NCBI RefSeq assembly: GCF_963921235.1
Contig: NC_086101.1
Span: forward strand, 26,970,001-27,034,000
Source: Mobula hypostoma
Taxonomy: Eukaryota
Reading direction: 5' to 3'
Length of the DNA: 64,000 bases
Shown piece by piece: positions 61,551 through 64,000 of the stretch. Numbering within the stretch: position 1 is the stretch's first letter; the number at the start of each line of letters is the position of its first letter. The notes beneath the pieces are model-generated. The model did not search any database, had not been told where the DNA came from, and saw only the letters and a list, made by a program, of their open reading frames with translations. Position numbers and translations under genes: made by a program.

Positions 61551-61588
61551 TAGTCCTGACGAAGGGTCTCGGCCCGAAACGTCGACTG
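61551..61588 (+). ncRNA. Minimal type I hammerhead ribozyme in the Penelope terminus
   Basis: TAGTC (stem I) CTGACGA (core) A GGG-TCTCGG-CCC (stem II) GAAA C GTC^ GACTG (stem I'); CUGANGA, GAAA and the GUC cleavage triplet are all intact; helix III is the palindrome ACGT. Confidence 0.8.
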
Positions 61589-61967
61589 TACCTCTTCCTA
61601 TAGATGCTGCCTGGCCTGCTGTGTTCACCAGCAACTTTTATGTGTGTTGCTTGAAATTCCAGCATCTGCAGATTTCCTCGTGTTTGAGTTTATATGTTTG
61701 GCTTCCAATTATTCTTCAGGCAAGGACAAATCATAGTCACTTTACAAGCAGGATAGATCCACAGAGATTAAAACTAGCTCATGATTTTACACCACACTAT
61801 ATCCAACCATACTAAACATTGTAAAATGCCGACGTCTCAAATCATGTCCCATCCCTGAATACGTGAACTAAACAGCACAACTACATCCACTATATTAAAA
61901 AAACAACACAAATATAACAGGGACCAAACCTTAAAAATAGGTCTATAATAAAATAGGCTTCACTGGA

Positions 61968-62130
61968 NNNNNNNNNNNNNNNNNNNNNNNNNNNNNNNNN
62001 NNNNNNNNNNNNNNNNNNNNNNNNNNNNNNNNNNNNNNNNNNNNNNNNNNNNNNNNNNNNNNNNNNNNNNNNNNNNNNNNNNNNNNNNNNNNNNNNNNNN
62101 NNNNNNNNNNNNNNNNNNNNNNNNNNNNNC
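61968..62130. other. Assembly gap (163 N)
   Basis: Run of N. Confidence 1.
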
Positions 62131-62186
62131 GCGTGTGGGTGTGTGCGCGTGTGTGTGTGCGCGTGTGTGTGTGTGCGCGTGTGTGT

Positions 62187-62217
<31 letters not shown>

Positions 62218-62236
62218 CGCGCGTGTGGGTGTGTGC

Positions 62237-62273
<37 letters not shown>
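62131..62273. repeat. (GT)n/(GC)n compound microsatellite adjoining the gap
   Basis: Read directly; alternating purine-pyrimidine tract. Confidence 0.95.
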
Positions 62274-62274
<1 letters not shown>

Positions 62275-62355
62275 CATTCCCGTGTGTGATGTGCAATGTT
62301 TTAAAAAAAGGAAGAATCTTTGGATTATCCAGAGTTACAGTATGTTCAGCTAATA

Positions 62356-62743
62356 GGCAGGTGGGGCTCGTCGGCCTTGGACGGCAATCTGCCTAAGAGA
62401 AGGGAAACGCTGATTTTAAACCTCTGCTGCCTTGCAGCCATGCCCACCCAAGGGAAAGACCGGGAGTAAACCCTGAGGAAGAAATTCGGAGCCACGATCC
62501 CTAAGGCAGTTTGATGTTGTTTACAACTTCACTCTGGCAACTCTGCGAGGACACTGGGGCCAAGATGTATCGGCGCTTGCCCTTCCCTTGGACTACAGCG
62601 GTGATGTGGCGGGAGAGGAGGAACCTGCTGCATGGGCAACAGCCAGTTCTTCAAATCTTCCCGCCCAGGCTTGCACCCTGGAGAGGACAGTCCACCAGAG
62701 GCGCAAACCCATGATCCCCTGGGATCGATGGCGGCCTACTACT
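62356..62743 (+). mobile_element. 5'-truncated SINE-like retroposon related to 18514-19104
   Basis: Ends GGCCTACTACT; 17-bp TSD AGTATGTTCAGCTAATA at 62339-62355 and 62744-62760. Confidence 0.75.
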
Positions 62744-62988
62744 AGTATGTTCAGCTAATATCTCACTCAGTAAAAGGAATTACAAAATAGTTTATAAAAG
62801 ACAACTAAAAATCACTAACCTAGATTGTCTGGCATTTCCTCCTGTTGGTTTTACGTACTTGTTTCTCAGACAAGATTGTTCAATGTATTTATTTTGTTTT
62901 TCTATTTTCATTGAAAATTTTAGAGACAGCATCTGTTTAATGGCTGGTGCCAAGAGAGAAATCTATTTTATCTCCTCTGGTTGTATAG

Positions 62989-64000
62989 TAGCGGTCACCA
63001 ACCTTTTTAAGCCCAAGATCCCCTACGTCGGCCTTACTGAAAGGCAAGATCGATCTACTAAATCACTTAGAGAAAAAACAGCTTAGATTGTATTTCCAAC
63101 TTGAGGCCTTTTATTTGGGATAATTGTATTTTAATTACATAAAATGCTTTTGTCAAACTTTCAATTTAATTCAACTAAGAAAATACTGTAACCAGTCATA
63201 GTCACAGTCATAGTCATACTTTATTGATCCCGAGGGAAATTGGGTTTTGTTACAGTTGCACCAACCAAGAATAGAGTATAAATATAGCAATATCAACCAT
63301 AAATAATTAAATAATAATATGTAAATTATGCCAGGAAATAAGTCCAGGACCAGCCTATCGGCTCAGGGTGTCTGACCCTCCAAGGGAGGAGTTGTAAAGT
63401 TTGATGGCCTCAGGCAGGAATGACTTCCTATGACGCTCTGTGCTGCATCTCGGTGGAATGAGTCTCTGGCTGAATGTACTCCTGTGCCCAACCAGTACAT
63501 TATGGAGTGGATGGGAGACATTGTCCAAGATGGCACGCAACTTAGACAGCATCTTCTTTTCAGACACCACCGTGAGAGAGTCCAGTTCCATCCCCACAAC
63601 ATCACTGGCCTCACAAATGAGTTTGTTGATTCTGTTGGTGTCTGCTACCCTCAGCCTGCTGCTCCAGCACACAACAGCAAACATGATAGCACTGGCCACC
63701 ACAGACTCGTAGAACATCCTCAGCATCATCCGACAGATGTTAAAGGACCTCATTCTTCTCAGGAAATAGAGACGGCTCTGACCCTTCTTGTAAAGGTTTA
63801 ACTAGCATATCAAACAGGCCATAGCAGCATCGAGCTCATCCAATAACGCCTTGAATAAGCAGTGCTGAAGCGCTTTTGCTTGAATCAAGTTTATCAGTTT
63901 GACCACCAGTGTCATTACATGAGAAAAGTCCATGACCTTCCCAGCCAAGGCCTGCTGATGAATCACACATTGATAATCCAGGAAGTCGGGAAAATCAGGG
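62989..64000 (-). mobile_element. hAT (Charlie-like) transposon end plus transposase fragment, interrupted by a LINE and running off the window
   Basis: Terminus TAGCGGTCACCAACCTTTTT at 62989; minus frame 64000-63820 reads FLDYQCVIHQQALAGKVMDFSHVMTLVVKLINLI (hAT CxxH motif). Confidence 0.75.
63195..63793 (-). mobile_element. Rex1/Babar LINE 3' fragment, little decayed
   Basis: ORF 63355-63753 (FYESVVASAIMFAVVCW...HPLH...RHRKSFLPEAIKLYN); (TGACTA)n-like tail at ~63195-63217. Confidence 0.8.

Larger units (their letters stand above)
59400..61686 (+). mobile_element. Penelope-like element: RT plus GIY-YIG endonuclease and 3' terminal region; 5'-truncated and frameshifted
   Basis: FYLLPKIHKP.CPGRPIVS, FTMDVQSLYTSIP, GMGT..CPSYA, FLRYIDD, YYKPTDSHS.LDY.SSHP, CGLLYIGET..RLGDRFAEHL. 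Confidence 0.92.

Noticed and set aside
61943-62396. His/Thr/Arg-rich and Cys/Val-rich ORFs
   Set aside because: Translations of the (GT/GC)n microsatellite and the N gap.

Overview
Repeat-dense eukaryotic DNA, most likely from a cartilaginous fish (ray or shark; inferred from the CR1/HER1-like, HE1-like SINE, Rex1/Babar and Penelope repeat mix). No bacterial-type features, CRISPR array, tRNA or rRNA are evident. (1) 17.8-40.9 kb is a nested stack in which each insertion still has its target-site duplication (TSD): Rex1/Babar LINE > SINE-like retroposon > non-autonomous hAT element > Penelope-like element > Gypsy-type solo LTR. The solo LTR (TGTCA...TGACA, 5-bp TSD CAAAC, 20038-39611) is inflated to 19.6 kb by an internal ~17.8 kb GC/CpG-rich satellite of (21+5n)-bp monomers organised into 0.2-3 kb higher-order repeats. 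All the long Pro/Ser/Leu/Arg ORFs in the ORF track come from this array and are judged spurious. (2) About 1.8 kb downstream begins a predicted spliced gene on the + strand (leader 41403-41469, IgV 42639-43007, IgV 46025-46399/46423, TM 52180-52281). It encodes a CD2/CEACAM-like receptor whose V domains lack the canonical disulfide but share a CX10C loop, and whose TM segment carries an Arg like FcR-gamma-coupled activating receptors. A GAS/ETS motif lies 135 bp upstream of the ATG. The rest is decayed CR1, L1, RTE, Rex/Babar, Penelope (one copy with an intact minimal hammerhead ribozyme), Tc1, hAT and Gypsy fragments, plus a 163-N gap. Repeat boundaries are approximate unless fixed by a TSD or splice site. 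Family names rest on recognised motifs, not database searches.
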